A DNA stretch of 64,000 nucleotides from Cetorhinus maximus (Eukaryota), in the NCBI RefSeq assembly GCF_964194155.1, contig NC_135895.1, forward strand, positions 30,876,001 through 30,940,000, in the 5' to 3' direction. Below the pieces are notes generated by a model. The model saw only the letters and a program-made list of their open reading frames with translations. It was not told the DNA's origin and ran no database searches. Shown piece after piece: positions 11,687 to 25,059 of this stretch (its first letter is position 1; each line of letters opens with the position of its first letter). A program made the position numbers and the translations under genes.

Positions 11687-12744
11687 GTAAGTGTCTTCTC
11701 CCTTTCCTTTACTGTAATAAATTTCCATCTTGAACTATTGTTATTAATGGTTAAATTTCAGGGTAAAGAACCAGCTATTAACAGGTTCAGATAATGTCAC
11801 AATGAATGTGCATCTACAGCCTACATATGTGCCAGCACATTGGAGATGTCCAACGCAGTGGAATTCTACTTAATTGGTTCTACTGTGTCCTCCTTTTCTG
11901 CATCTCAAAATCCCTTTGTTCACCATTAGTGACAGTGCCTTATGCTCTAGAATTGCCCCCTACATCTCCCTGCCTACCTCCTCCTTCTCCAGTTTCTAAC
12001 CCTAGTATAATTTTCATTTTTGTGACTGTCTGCAGCCTTTTTCAGATCTATTCATTTACCAGATTTTCCTGTCCTCAGCAGTGTACTGCAGGCCAAACAG
12101 TCTGTACTTCTTTTCCTGTGTCTGTAGCCCCTGTGGAATGGGGAATGAAGGGCTGCAGAAAAACTGTCTTATATTGCATTTTGAGGCTCTGCAGATGATT
12201 GCTTTGTAGTGACTATCTGTTGCATAGATTGTCCTTTTTTACTTTCCAAAGGTTTTGTCTCCCATTGAAATTCTGTTTGATGACTTGTACATACTGTGTG
12301 AAAACTGCTTTTCATAGTGAAAACTTCAGTCTGATAATTGTGATAGTCTTAATGTAGACATTTACATCCATAAATATGTATCCCCACACCCCGTTTAATA
12401 TTAGCATCAAAGAACCTACAGTACTGCACTAAATATGTTTTTGTAATTAAGTTATTGCTGCAGTAAAGCTGTCTGAATGGCCACCCGTAATTGCTGTTTT
12501 CATCATTGCGAAATGTACTTAGGGTGAGGTAAGGGACTTCATGCAGAACTGTGTATGTATGCTGTGTAAATACAATATTGAATAAGATAACCTTTGTTGA
12601 TAGCCTAAGACTGATTTTGTATGATGGATTATTTTCCTTATTTGAAGTTTCCTCTTTGCATTTGAAGCTATAGTCAACTTTGCATCGCTTTCACCAACAA
12701 TAATTTATTCAGAGGTCCTTAATGTCACTTTGTTTGTTCTACAG

Positions 12745-12908
12745 GTCTGATCATGGGCAGTAACCTCACAAGACACACGTTTGGCTTCATTCAGAGCAGA
12801 CTCTTCCCATATTACTTTCACCTCGGATCTGCCTGTGCTTTCTTTAACTTAACCATCTTTGCAATGTATCATCCCAGTGAGCTGTTAAATGAAGAAGAGA
12901 CATTTCAG
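12745..12908 (+). CDS. TMEM205: TMEM205-like protein, coding exon 2
   Basis: Acceptor tttgtttgttctacAG; LIMGSNLTRHTFGFIQSRLFPYYFHL matches the family motif RHTFG..QS.LFP.YF; donor CAG|GTATCA; 164 bp keeps frame. Confidence 0.88.
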
Positions 12909-13842
12909 GTATCATACACAGTGCTCATAATCACACAAGATCTAGAATGGATGATAGCATGTTGGGGTTAATGGTCATTATTGTGGATGGGATGTAGCCC
13001 TTTCATTCAAAGCTATTGTTTCCTTTTTTCCAGGTCTACCTGGATCATGCTCAAACTCTCATCAACTTGTTCATAGGCTCTGCTGCTTTGAATAGCAGTG
13101 CAGCTCATTATTTTTTCCTTTTTGTTGTCCCTCCCTGCATCTATTTGGCTGAGGCAAGCTCAGTAATGGGCAATTGTTTTAACTCGCTATGCTGCGGCTG
13201 CCACATATTGGGGCTGTATTGGTACCTTGTCATCATACAAAGAAATTCGAGAGTCATTGAAAACTGCTAGAGCCTCCAGGGGATGTTGAGTAATGGTTGA
13301 ATATTCTGCCAGAGTCTGGGAATAGCCTCTGAATTATATTGCTAGGTATACTGTGGAAGGCAATCGAAGCACTGTCTCATACCCTACTACTGCAGCTCCT
13401 TAGGAGGGCCAGGAGGGACTCTATATATTTACCTAGCTGTTTTTTTAAAAATGAGTTAAGGGATCTGTCATTATACAGAATGCAGTAACCTAGTTGAAAA
13501 ATAGTGTTATGTTGAGGTCTGGTCCTTTATGTCAATCAAACAAGTACACACAGCAATACTCTCAGCCTATTTTAAATAGGTACAAAAGTATGAAAAAGAC
13601 AGTATAGTTTGTTAAATATGCTGTTTCCATTGATTTTTTGCTTTGTTACTGAGGCTGTAAGTGAAAAGTGTTTTGATAGCCTTATCCTAACTCTCGATGA
13701 TCATTCACCCATAATGGAAACCTGCCTTAAACTTGATCATTAAATTGACAGTTTAGAGGAAACATTGCCATACATTTGACTGATGTACATGATGTATTCA
13801 GTGATGATTCAAAATGGTTACACCCAATTTATTTTATTTCAG

Positions 13843-14145
13843 ATTATCATTTTCTTCATCTGTGTGACTGTTGCAGGGCTCAATGCCCAATGGTTTGGTA
13901 AGATAACTTCTGAAATCATGGCTGATATGCATCTGATTGAACAGAGCTGTGGGCTGGGGAAGGATATTGGATTGACAACCAACAGGGAGGCTTATAAGCA
14001 GCTGAAGGAGAGGAACCCCAAATACAAGAAGTTTTCACACCAACTATCCCTGTATCACAGCGCCTCCTGTTTATGTAACCTGTGTTGCATTATCTGTAAT
14101 GGGATAAGTTTGTACTACATGGCAGCCAAGTTATCCACATTATAA
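13843..14145 (+). CDS. TMEM205: TMEM205-like protein, coding exon 3 (to stop; 188 aa total)
   Basis: Acceptor attttatttcAG; LNAQWF..IEQSCGLG..YKQLKERNPKY..YHSASCLCNL matches the TMEM205 C-terminus; TAA ends at 14145. Confidence 0.88.
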   Translation: MIIFFICVTVAGLNAQWFGKITSEIMADMHLIEQSCGLGKDIGLTTNREAYKQLKERNPKYKKFSHQLSLYHSASCLCNLCCIICNGISLYYMAAKLSTL

Positions 14146-17100
14146 AAGTGCTTTGAGTAAGATATTTAAAGGTTGCATACTATGGTGATCTATTTACAAG
14201 TCATGGAAATTTGAAATGTAAACTACTTTGCCAAGTTGACTGTGATGGTGGACAGTAATTCAACATGATCTCTCCAATAATATTTTTTTTAAATGCTAGC
14301 GTCACCATTTGCAAAATTTTAAGCAGAACAAAAAGCAATGATGAGAAGAAGAAATTTTTAAAATCGAAGATGACAATGCTGCTGGAATTAGTCAACTGAG
14401 ATCAATCTGGGGTGGTAGATTTCTGTCAAGCTATAGCCTCACCTGGTCTCCCAGGCAATGTATAATGTAGGATGTAAGTAAGTGGGCTATCATACTTTTT
14501 CACACCCACACCCCCAAATTGATTTGATTGCACAACTGCAGGAGTACAACAAAGGAGAATTGTGCTAGTGCATATCATAACCTTGTGAATGAACTGTATA
14601 TGCTTGCGGCCAATGAGAATCTGTTATTGACTGGACTTAGATAATTAACCTGAATTGATATAGGTGAAATTAGAACATTTTATATAATATACCTTCCTAG
14701 AACATATTGAACTGGAACAGACTATTGTGGTCTATCTGGCTAGCCCCAAAGTTAAAAAAGTGCCATACACTATCTCTCATCTCTTTATCTACCATTTACC
14801 TAGTTCTTACCATTTTGATGACTATACATACCTCTATAGGCTGTCTGCCCCATATATTCACCACCCTTTGGATAAATCAACTTCTATAGATTGTCTGTCA
14901 TTCTAAATAGTTGTATGAGACCTAGATTGAATATATAGTATGAAAAACACCAATGAATGTTTTCTAATGTCAATAAACTCAGAATTTTAAGAACATTAAG
15001 TAAGCTTTTCAAAGATCCATTATTGCACTTCTCTATAATCTGTTTTTCTGCTCCTTACGTATCATTTTGATTAGACCCAGAAAGTTCTGATATTAATATG
15101 GGATATTGTTTATTTTAATTATGTATAAACTGTCATGTGGGCCTAAATTTGGTTTGATGTGCAGCCTGTTATCAGTCAAGCCCATGAATGAAGTTAATCA
15201 CACTGGCAGAAGAAATTCTCTGCCCGACAGCAGATATTACTCACAAACATTCCATTCATTCTGCAGAAGAATGACAGCATCAGAACAGCAGAAAATGTCA
15301 GCTGAGTTTACAGACTACTGAGATGAATTACAATGAAACATAGCATACCCTAACCCCAGTGTGGACTTAAAAGTTTATATTCTTAAAAATAGTTTCTGAC
15401 TGGCTACTTGTGCATGTGCAGAGCAACAGCAGATGAGGTCAAATTGATTCCAACTATTTTTTTTAAGTTCATTGTAAAAGTATATTTTTTTCTGCTAACT
15501 TGCCCCCAAAAAAGTCAACAGAAAGAAAATAAGAAACAACTCATCTAAATTCAGGCTCAATCAGCAAACAAAGTACAAATCATGTGTGGGTGCACTATGT
15601 GCAGAAATAATGCAGGTTATCCTATACCAATAGATACACAGCTCTTCTGGCAAGTAGGTAAAAGTTGCTTAACTCTAACTCTGCAATTACTACTTACAAC
15701 TCTGAGAATGCTGCATTCCTCCAAATCTGGCATTTTGTGTATCAGTGATTTCCTTCACCCCACCACTGGCAACCGTGGCCTCAGCTACGTAGACTTTAAG
15801 TTTTGCAATTTCCTCCCTAAACCGCACTGCACCTTCCTTTCTTTAAGATGCTCCTTAAAAATTATCTTTTTGTTCATGATTTTGGACATGGTTTGGAGTC
15901 AAATTTTGTCTGGTGACACTCCTGAAACACCTTTAGGATGTTTTACTGCATTCTAAATACTGTTTAAATGCAAGTAGTTGTTGTAATGTCAAGGAAATAG
16001 CATTCTTGATAACACTCACTTACAATGTTATAAGTTGAGCTCAATACAAGAGAGTCCAAAGTCAGAGGTCCCTACACCAAACAGCTTATTACAATTCAGT
16101 TATGGCTGTATTTATTAATGCTGAAACTCTAGGGGAGTACTTCCTGCACATGCTTAATTCAGTCTCAGTATCAGGAGTGTCAACTGGCAACATGAAAGCA
16201 AGTTGACTTGATACAGACTAACAAAGTTCAAGTTACCATTTTTTAGTGCAGACCTCAACCAATTGAAAGTTCTTGTATCTAGTCCAGCCTTCATTTAGCA
16301 ATGGTTCATTGTCTCAAATATACCTCTGATGATTCAGTAAATAAAGATATATAATCAGGAAATTTCAGTAAATGAGACTCTCAACTTCCAATGTGGAGAA
16401 GTTATTGTAATATTTAGCTTGTCATTTTTGGCAAAAATCAATGAAAACAATTCTTAGACTAAAATTTTTAAGCAAAACTTAATAACTCAATGTGGGACTC
16501 AATGACAACACTGGGTTTAACAGTACCATTAGACAGTAATTGAGCTACCTGCACAAACCTTAACACAATTGATCTGGCTGAACGCGGGCTTTAACCTCCC
16601 TTCCAATGTCTATCTAGGTCGATCAATGGGACCCACAGCAAGGTTTTAAACTCAGTGACGCGCAAACTAAATGTGTAGATTAAGCCTGTTTTAGCATTGC
16701 TCTGAATACTTTAAGATGATCCAAACTCCTGACGCTGAACAGAAAAGCATCAGGATCAGTTGTGCGTGTGCCAGCAGCCACAGTGAGGATGAAATGAGCA
16801 TGCACAACTATTCCTGATGCCTTTCCAGTCAGCGGCAGGAGTTACAGTATATTGCAATTCAGCTGCAGTCGCTGCAATCTTTAACCAGTTTACTTTGTAT
16901 ACAATCTTGAACATCAGTCAGAAATCTTTAGTTTATGGAACCAGGCCTTAAGTCATCACCGTAAAACGTAAACTGATTCTCTCCCCACATAGCTGCCTGA
17001 CTGGAGTGTTTCCGGAATTTTCTATTACATTGCAGAATTCCAGCATCTGCAGGATTTTATTTTTGTTTTTAATTAAACAATTATTTGGTATTTCAACAAC

Positions 17101-17661
17101 AGGGAGGTAACTGTCTCTCTCTGTAAGCGATGGTGCACATAAAGCCAACAGAGAGAAGGTAAACTAAAAAAAATCTGTTCTACAATTTTTGCAACTTGAG
17201 TTGCTAATTATTTCTTTACAGTAATTGACCAAATTAAAGCCACTTAAACAGCCAATTTAGTTATTAGGATGTGGGTAAGACTGATGAGATTGTACACTAT
17301 CTATAGTACTGTCCATCACTAATTAAAGATCCTTAGGTACTATTTGAAAAAGAAAAGGCAGTTTTTCCAGTTGTCCTGGCCAACATTACTCCTCAATCAA
17401 CATTATTAAAATCAGAGTAACTGGTCATTTATTATTATTTGTGGAATTTCACCATGGACAAAATGGTTGCTGCATTTCAAATAAAATTCTGATGGGAAAC
17501 ACTTCAAGACATTTCTGAGATGTGCTTGGGCCCTTTATTCCCCCATTTCTGTGTAGAGCTTTCAAATGTCAATGATAAATATGGGAATTTTGTGTGTTTT
17601 TTGCTTGGTATTTACTGCTGTTGTTCATGTACCAATATGAATTTAGACAACTCAATTTGCT

Positions 17662-17775
17662 GAATAAAAGCAGTTCTGAAGAAGAGTCATATTCAACTCG
17701 AAACATTAACTCTGTTTCTCTCTTCACAAATGCTGCCAGACCTGCTGAGTATATCCAGCACTTCGTTTTTTTTTT
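17662..17775 (+). mobile_element. Short Penelope-derived hammerhead element immediately 3' of the TTC4 stop codon
   Basis: agtt-CTGAAGA..GAAA motif followed by the PLE tail; flanked by TCAATTTGCT at 17652-17661 and 17776-17785. Confidence 0.7.
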
Positions 17776-17875
17776 TCAATTTGCTTGAAGTTTCTTTTCC
17801 GATAAAAAGTCTCTAGAGAATGATGAACCTCTAACCAGAATTAGGATTCTTGGATTACCAGCCTTCACAACATAT
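17776..17875 (-). CDS. TTC4: TTC4 exon 10 (last coding exon)
   Basis: Acceptor ctttttgtgtctAG; (R)YVVKAGNPRILILVRGSSFSRDFLSEKKLQAN*; phase continuous with exon 9. Confidence 0.85.
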
Positions 17876-18328
17876 CTAGACACAAAAAGATTCAATGATA
17901 TCAAACAAGGACCACTTTTGTGAAATAGAAGGAACAACAATCCAAATATAGAAAGTCTCAACTCATTTAGCAACACAAAATACAACAGATAGACAGCTCA
18001 GTGTTGCAGCAGGCTGAAGCAAAACAATTTGCTATCGCTATATGTTGTCATGCAAGTCTATAACCCTCATGTTGCTAAGTTTTCAATCTCAACTGAGTTG
18101 ATGTGTAGGCCAGATCTCCACTACTTGGGGTTACGGAAGGAAGAAATCTAAGAGGTACAGAGCTGATACTGTGCGAATTCACTTCACTCAGGACCTTTGG
18201 ACTGAAACAATTTTAAAGGTTTTTAAATCAACAAGTCTAAGAGATTAAAAGGTTAATGTTTTAACTGGCTATACCACCCAGCCCTTCAACAAGATTTTAA
18301 TATTGAATATTTTATAAAAGTTATCAAA

Positions 18329-18620
18329 GGAGCTCCCGTGGCACAGTGGGTAGTGTTCTGAGCCAGAAGCTCCAGGTTCAAGTCCCACCCAGGTCTTGAT
18401 GGCCAAGGAAGGTGCAATTATAATGTGGCCAAACAGGTTGAGTATCAACCTGCAAATCCTTCCAAGACATGCCAATGGCAGGTGGTCAGAGCAGGAGAGA
18501 TTCCTGGTCAGTTATGTGATGGAAAAAACACTGGGGCCTCTACCATCACTATCCATAGCTCCAGAGTATAACATGCATGTAAAAGTGCATGTTGCGACAT
18601 CAACTTGAACTCAGGGTGAA
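18329..18620 (+). mobile_element. tRNA-derived SINE
   Basis: A box TGGCACAGTGG and B box GGTTCAAGTCC; a related copy lies on minus at ~50540-50672, with fragments at ~48975-49120. Confidence 0.65.
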
Positions 18621-18761
18621 CTGTAACACACACCAAAGTTATCAAATCATTTTTAGAATATTCAAATAAATGGCTTTATGATAAAGGCCTAGGTAAGACA
18701 AAGGGACAGCAGGAACTGAAAGAAGCAGACACATGGTTAAAAGGACATTCACTCTGCTCAC

Positions 18762-18844
18762 CGGTCATGACTCAGCACTTGCCGCAGGGTGCACGTGGGG
18801 TCCACTTGGAACAGATCCTCTCTTTGCTCATCTTCAAAATATAG
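18762..18844 (-). CDS. TTC4: TTC4 exon 9
   Basis: cacAG|LYFEDEQREDLFQVDPTCTLRQVLSHD|GTGAGC; 83 bp. Confidence 0.88.
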
Positions 18845-20091
18845 CTGTGGACATTGATCAATAAAACAACAGCTTTTCAATTATTTTAATATTCCCCAGA
18901 AACATTTCAGTTAGTTTGCCTTTTCATTGTTTACTACAGCAGAGAACAGTGAAGTACTGGAAGCTTACGGATTCTACAACAGAAACACAAACACTCCTTT
19001 CTCAGTTTTATTATGATTAACAGACCACCTGCACATGAACAATAGTCTCTCCCTCACAAGCCTGCAACTCAAGTTAAATTGACTTTTGCATAATAATAAA
19101 AAAGTGCAATTATCATTGTCACATTCAGAATGGATTCTGACTTCATTACTATTCCTCAGATGCCATTCCAAATTCCGGAAATACAGACTATTATGTGTTA
19201 ATTTAAATTGTTCAGTAAGTTGTGGTCAATCTCCCAAGTGTAAATAAAAATTTAAGGGTTTAAATTTTAAATTTAAATGATCGTTTTAAGTATGTAATTC
19301 AAGTGCAGTATTCAGTGTTGTCCTAAGTTCATGTCACATATAAAACTCTGTTTCGACAACTGTGGGGCGAAGTACTTGTGCAAAACCAAGTAATTGCAAA
19401 ACTAAAAGCTTTAAGGACGTGAATCCCACAATTAGTCTGCAATTTCCTGAGGTGTTCTTTTATAGCACTAATCCGGTGCATCAATCTGCTCCCCTCACAC
19501 CAACCAGGTCAGCACAATGATTGCATGCAGCAAACATTTATATGCATGCAGCATACTTGGACAGCAATGTTTCCTTGGGACCAAAGAATATCAAATGAGT
19601 GCTGTATTCATTACAAGCTCCATTTAAGAGGCTCACTTTTGAAGCATTATGGTTACATCACGCAAGTCCACATTTCATGGCTGTATTCACCAATTTGTAG
19701 ATAACTTTGTTATCTTCAAGCTGAATCTACCTTTTCTGTTTTTAAACAATCATCTGCTTCAAACAAAGATACTATGTAAATACTGGGAGCTCTGTCAGAC
19801 TAGAATGTGTGATCTTAAGGTTTCTGGTGAAGCAGACTACAGTTCAACAAATACAGATTGCTTTCTGCTCTAACTCAGCAAATAAAAGAAATTAAATGTT
19901 GATTTACTTTCTAGCTTGGCTTATTTTACAAAGGACATTAGAATAAAAGAAAACTAATTTGATGAAGGAGGTTGCTAATATTTGTAGTGTTTTTATTCAA
20001 AAACAGTTTGACCCAAATTGGAGACACTCCATCATTTTTTTGCCCTTCAATCAGGGCAACATTCTTAAACACAATTCAAGTCATACTGTAC

Positions 20092-20176
20092 CTCCAAATT
20101 ATTTGGCTTATATTTTTTTTCTGTATCCCAAGGGGGAAAGTTCTCACCAAACATCACAGATAAATGATCAATAAAC
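20092..20176 (-). CDS. TTC4: TTC4 exon 8
   Basis: ttttcAG|FIDHLSVMFGENFPPWDTEKKYKPNNLE|GTACAG; 85 bp. Confidence 0.9.
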
Positions 20177-20714
20177 CTGAAAAGAAAATACAGACAAAAT
20201 TAATTCTCTAGAAGAGCAAATTCTTTGTCTTCTCTGACACACAAAAAAAGTCATAATTCAGTATAAGGAGACCAGGTGGCATCAGTCAGAACATTGGTCC
20301 TTGTGACCTGGGTTCACATCCTTTGGAAAGGGTCTGCTACCAAACTGTCTCAGACCAATTTCATCACATAAGGACATGAACAAAGGAAGAATGCAAATTG
20401 CTAGTATAATCAGATATCTCCAGAAAGCAGGGGGAGATACTAGTGTGTACGCAAAGTATTCAGTTAACCAAAGTGGGAAATAATTTGGATGTGGTTGTTG
20501 CTCAAAGTTTCTGGTCAGTGTGTAGCTCTCTTCAACATAGGAATCAAAACATCAGTTCACATCAAAAGAACATTTGACTATAAGCTGAAACAAATTGTCT
20601 TCACCTTGCTGAGATCACCGAGGGAGCTATTTTGAGACACAGGATATCCTACCTTCAAAAGGACATTGATATTAATTGACTAAAACTGAAGGATATCTTT
20701 ATTTTAATATTTAC

Positions 20715-20944
20715 CGGGTGTCTTCGTGAAAGGCTGAGATGAAATCCATTTGTTCATACTCAGGATACAGAAACAGTACAGGCCAATTTAAGTTGCCATT
20801 TTCATCCAAGTGTACAACAATGCCATTTTCAGAGTTTATGCCATCAAACAGTGTTCTTAATACTCTGTCGTCTTCCTTATCATCACCATCATCAGAATTT
20901 TGACTGGACAATTCCGGAGGCTCAAATAACTTGATCTGCCTCTC
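20715..20944 (-). CDS. TTC4: TTC4 exon 7
   Basis: ttttAG|ERQIKL...LNWPVLFLYPEYEQMDFISAFHEDT|GTAA; Cns1/TTC4 WPVLFLYPE motif; 230 bp. Confidence 0.92.
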
Positions 20945-21426
20945 CTAAAAGAGGTAACAAATGAAAATAAAGCAAAGCCTGGGAAGTATGGAAAATGCAT
21001 GCTTGTATCACCTATCAGGACAACCCAATCCCTTATCCTCAAAGATAAGATATTCACCTATGCTCTGAATTGGACACCACATGACAATCACATGGGGAGA
21101 GGCCCACTGGTAGTGCAGAATAAATGGGGTTTTTAAAAGTAGAGATTATGAAAAATGGTTTCAACATTGTTCCATCATTTCTTACTCTCTACCAGAGTTA
21201 AAGAAAATGTTCATTCTGTAAGTCAGTCACCATATACTAAGAACACAGGAGCAGGAGCAGGCCATTCAGCCCCTCGAGCCTGCTCCACACTGAAGTCCCA
21301 CTCTGTCTCTCCACGCTTTTAGCCCCCACTGCTGCTCTCGCTGATCCTCACACTAGTGCCAAACTAAAATACCAGGTATCTAAAAATATATCCTTTTCAA
21401 GTTCAGTCATGAGAAATATGTATCTA

Positions 21427-23148
21427 CCATATATACTTGTGTAAAAAGTGAACTTTTGAGACCAAATTTTAGGCCAAAAGTCAGAAGGCCGACTTTTACA
21501 TGGGTAATGTTTTTGAAGGATCAACATGCATGCTTGATCTGGGCCCAAATAAGACCATCATGCTGCAATAAAGTAAAAACCAACAACACTAAAGAATTCA
21601 TATTAATTCTCTAGCATTTATTTTATAACTATAAACTATATATATTTCATCCAAGATAATATAAATACATACCATAATGAATTAACTAAAGCACGTGACG
21701 CTGAAATCCTTCGAAATCACTCTGATCACCACTTGAATCACCAAATAATTCATCCAAAAAGCCTGGTTGTCGAACATCATCATTTGGACCTTCCTCCTTT
21801 TCATCGGTAGTACCAGTTACTTTGGCATTATTATTCCAGGAGTAATTGTCTTCTGTAGTATCGAGCGCATTCGTTTATGACCCATTGACACAATGCTGCT
21901 AGTGGGGGTGCTCGCATAGTTCCGCCCTCCATATCTTTCGAATATCGTCCTCGAGAGGTTTATTTATACACACATCCAAAGGCTGAATAACACTCCTAAG
22001 ACCGCCATGGAATAACTGTCACATTGGTATTGATCTCACATCACGACTACCTCATTGATGGCTTGGGATTTTAACATGTCCCAGGCAAGCAAACATTTTT
22101 CTTTGCCTAGTCCTCCTGGTCTTAAATTCCACGCTTTTTTCATCAATGTCTTGCAACCGCCTTCATTCAGCCCTTCTTGTCAACATGGATGACAGTGCCT
22201 TTCTGAAATTTCTCTTTGGGGACAGCTTTGTGCTTGAATATCACCATCAGCTTTAATTTTGTGCCATCCGCCATTCAAAATGGAATCACTGTGAACCATG
22301 TCTTCCCCATGGCCAGTCATCCTTACAAGGGCGGTTCTTTTCTTTAATCTTTGTAATGGTCTTGTTTGCTGGCACATCGAGGTTCAAAAGTGTTTCATTC
22401 ATATTTCCAATGTGGGCCACTCTGTATGCATTCTTCTTTCAATGGCAAAACGATGAAATTTGATGATTTTATCGTCGAGCACAGGTGGAAAATGCTGTTA
22501 AGTTTTTCTTTGCTGAAAGCAAGTCGTGCCTATTCATGAATCTTGTGCATCATCCAACACTGGCCTTGAATTCTCGAATTCCATCTTTCTTTGCTTCTCT
22601 GAGGGCATAGAGTTGGATGGCTCCGCGGGTGATAAGATGATCATTTTGCTGATGCTCCTCAACTCAATCTGCCACTCTTTCTCCAGGTGAGGCTACTTGC
22701 TCGGTCTTCCTCTGATGGCATATTTATTCTTCGGCATCTTTCCTAGTTTATTGGATGTCTTTCCCCAGTCTCTAATTATTTTCTTGGACAAGTAAACTCT
22801 CTTGCTCCTACATAACTATTAGTCTTCTCAGCAAATGCTACAACTTCATTTTAAATTGAGCTACGTAGTTGTTATTCTTTCTCAAAGGCATTGTGATAGA
22901 TCATGTGCTACACATTGGTCTTGTCGATTGGCTGGGAGACTGAGCGCTAGAATTGGCAGGGGGAAAGTCTAAAAGTTCCAGTGTGAACCATAATAATTAC
23001 CAGTAGGTAATTAACAATCAGAATTTAGTTTGATCCCTTAAAAGCTAGGGTCGACTTTTACATGAGGTGTATGGAAAGTTCAGATCTTTTAGGCCATAAG
23101 TCATGTGGTTGTCTTTTACATGAGGTTGCTTTTTTTGAGTATATACGG
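21427..23148 (-). mobile_element. Tc2/pogo-type (Tc1/mariner superfamily) DNA transposon, decayed, in TTC4 intron 6
   Basis: TIRs CC(A/G)TATATACT at both ends after TA (left) and CA (right, decayed TA); minus-strand remnants IGNMNETLLNLDVP, TGHGE and IQPLDVCINKPL match pogo/Tc2 DDE motifs. Confidence 0.8.
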
Positions 23149-23196
23149 CAATTTGAATGACATAGCCATTTTCTCCAATATTTCACATTTCCTTAC

Positions 23197-23283
23197 CTTG
23201 ATAGCCTTCAGTAACACCTCTGCTTGCACCCGTTCCTTCTTCTCCTTTAACTTTGCTTTCCTTACATTACGCTCTTCAACCCG
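23197..23283 (-). CDS. TTC4: TTC4 exon 6
   Basis: tttgtAG|RVEERNVRKAKLKEKKERVQAEVLLKAIK|GTAAGG; 87 bp. Confidence 0.9.
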
Positions 23284-23315
23284 CTACAAAAAAATTAATA
23301 ATTCTGTATGAGACT

Positions 23316-23520
23316 AGGTGGCATAATCAGTCAGAACAATGATCTGTCACCTGGGACTTGGGCTCAACACCTGTTCAAAATGATGGCCTTAAAGCCACTA
23401 TTCTCTACTTGCTGTGAGGGCTTTTAGCACAAAGAGTTTGGACAGGCTCAATCTGTTCCTAGAGAACACAAGGTGGCAGCACAAATCAATCTCTATGATT
23501 ACAATGCAATCCCATGCACT
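23316..23520 (+). mobile_element. LF-SINE-like element (decayed; similar copies near 20275-20460 and 37710-37960)
   Basis: Resembles the recalled LF-SINE body (GAGTTTGG.CAG.CTCAATC..GTTCCTAG..CAGCACAAA); not aligned. Confidence 0.4.
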
Positions 23521-23696
23521 TAATTTATCAGCTGCCGCTCTCCACATCAATAAAGCTCTTTTCCGTCAAACCACACTGACCATTTGTGCAATGTGCACAC
23601 TTGACTAAACCTCCTGTATTCAGCATACACACAACATAGTCATTGTCGACTCTATCTCCCACAGTCAAGTACTCAACCTGCAGTTACTAACCATAC

Positions 23697-23821
23697 CTTC
23701 TGTTTATCAGCTTTGGCTCTCAATTCAACAAGTTGCTTCTCTTTGGGTTCACATTGGAGGCCCTCATCGCACCATGCTATTGCCTTGCTGTAATTTTTCA
23801 GCTCAATATGGCAAAGGACAC
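23697..23821 (-). CDS. TTC4: TTC4 exon 5 (TPR)
   Basis: ttttgacAG|VLCHIELKNYSKAIAWCDEGLQCEPKEKQLVELRAKADKQK|GTATGG; 125 bp. Confidence 0.92.
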
Positions 23822-24563
23822 CTGTCAAAAACCACAGTCAAAAGTTTAGACTTCAGCCACTAATGTCAGTGGAGAACCCATTTCCCAAAACATTATTCAC
23901 TAATCAAGAAGTCATAGTGAAATGTAAGTTTGGTAATGCTTCATCTGTTTCATAATATTGTTCCAATTTTAATTATCAAACATGAGGTCTGTTAAATGAT
24001 CACTAGAGCAAGACCTCTGGGGGCAGTATTGATTCTTAGAAATGCTCAATTTATTTTTCTTACAATAAACAATGGCAAAAATGGGTGAGAGGAAGGGGAG
24101 GTACATCATCACTCACACACCTATGGTTGGTAACAAACAGTGATTCCACACTGCATTGTTCTATCTCAACATCTCATTTTTGACTTTTGCCTTTGGTTTG
24201 GAACAAAAGAAAAATCAAATAGTGGGACATAACATTGTTAACTTAATAATAGCCCATGTGTACGGCACCAATTATTGGAGTTCCAACATATCATTGTGGA
24301 TTTTGAGTTCAGTCTTGTTGTTTCCTGCATATGGAGTTCGTCATACCACCTGTGTTTTTGCTGGAATGAAAAGTGAAATTGAAATTGTGCCTCCAAAACC
24401 TCCTTGTAGATTTTCTAAAAGCTAGGGGGAAAGGGAGGAAAACAGGGGCTCTCATTGCTCTTTGCCAAGTCACACAACTCAGGGAGCAACCAGAGAACAG
24501 ACCGCCCTTGCCGTTAGAAAGGAGGGAAAGTAAAATAAAACATAACTGTTTCTGCAGTCTTAC

Positions 24564-24641
24564 CTCTAATTATTGCTTTCAGATGATTTGGTTTCAGTTT
24601 CCGAGCTGCAATCACATCATTTAGTGCAGATCGACTATTAC
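24564..24641 (-). CDS. TTC4: TTC4 exon 4 (TPR)
   Basis: ttcaAG|NSRSALNDVIAARKLKPNHLKAIIR|GTAAGA; 78 bp. Confidence 0.92.
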
Positions 24642-25059
24642 CTTGAACACAGAATATCAAGAGAATCAGAGCACCAAACTTACTTTTATGTTCACATTTT
24701 CAGTTCCCCACCAAACAACTATCAATTCCTGGGTGCACTGGCACGTGGAAGACGACACCAATTTACTACTGACACACTTTTTACCTCTGATCATATTCAT
24801 TTATGGCCTGTAACTAATTGTTGAGAATTGTTTAATGTTGTGCCTCATTTCGGAACATACCCAACTATACAATGGGACATTTCTGCTGAACACACCAGTG
24901 ATTTTTTCAATCCCCAAGCAAGATTACTTTGGATTCACAGTCCCAAACTCAATTCGTTTAAGATGCTTACACCTAAGAAACTCAAGATTTTTATCCCATT
25001 ATCTGACCTTGATTCAATTCTAAATCTTCAAAGCTAATTTTTGGAACAATCACATCACC

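Noticed and set aside
18329-18395. tRNA gene
   Set aside because: A and B boxes are present but there is no complete cloverleaf, and it runs into a repeated SINE body.
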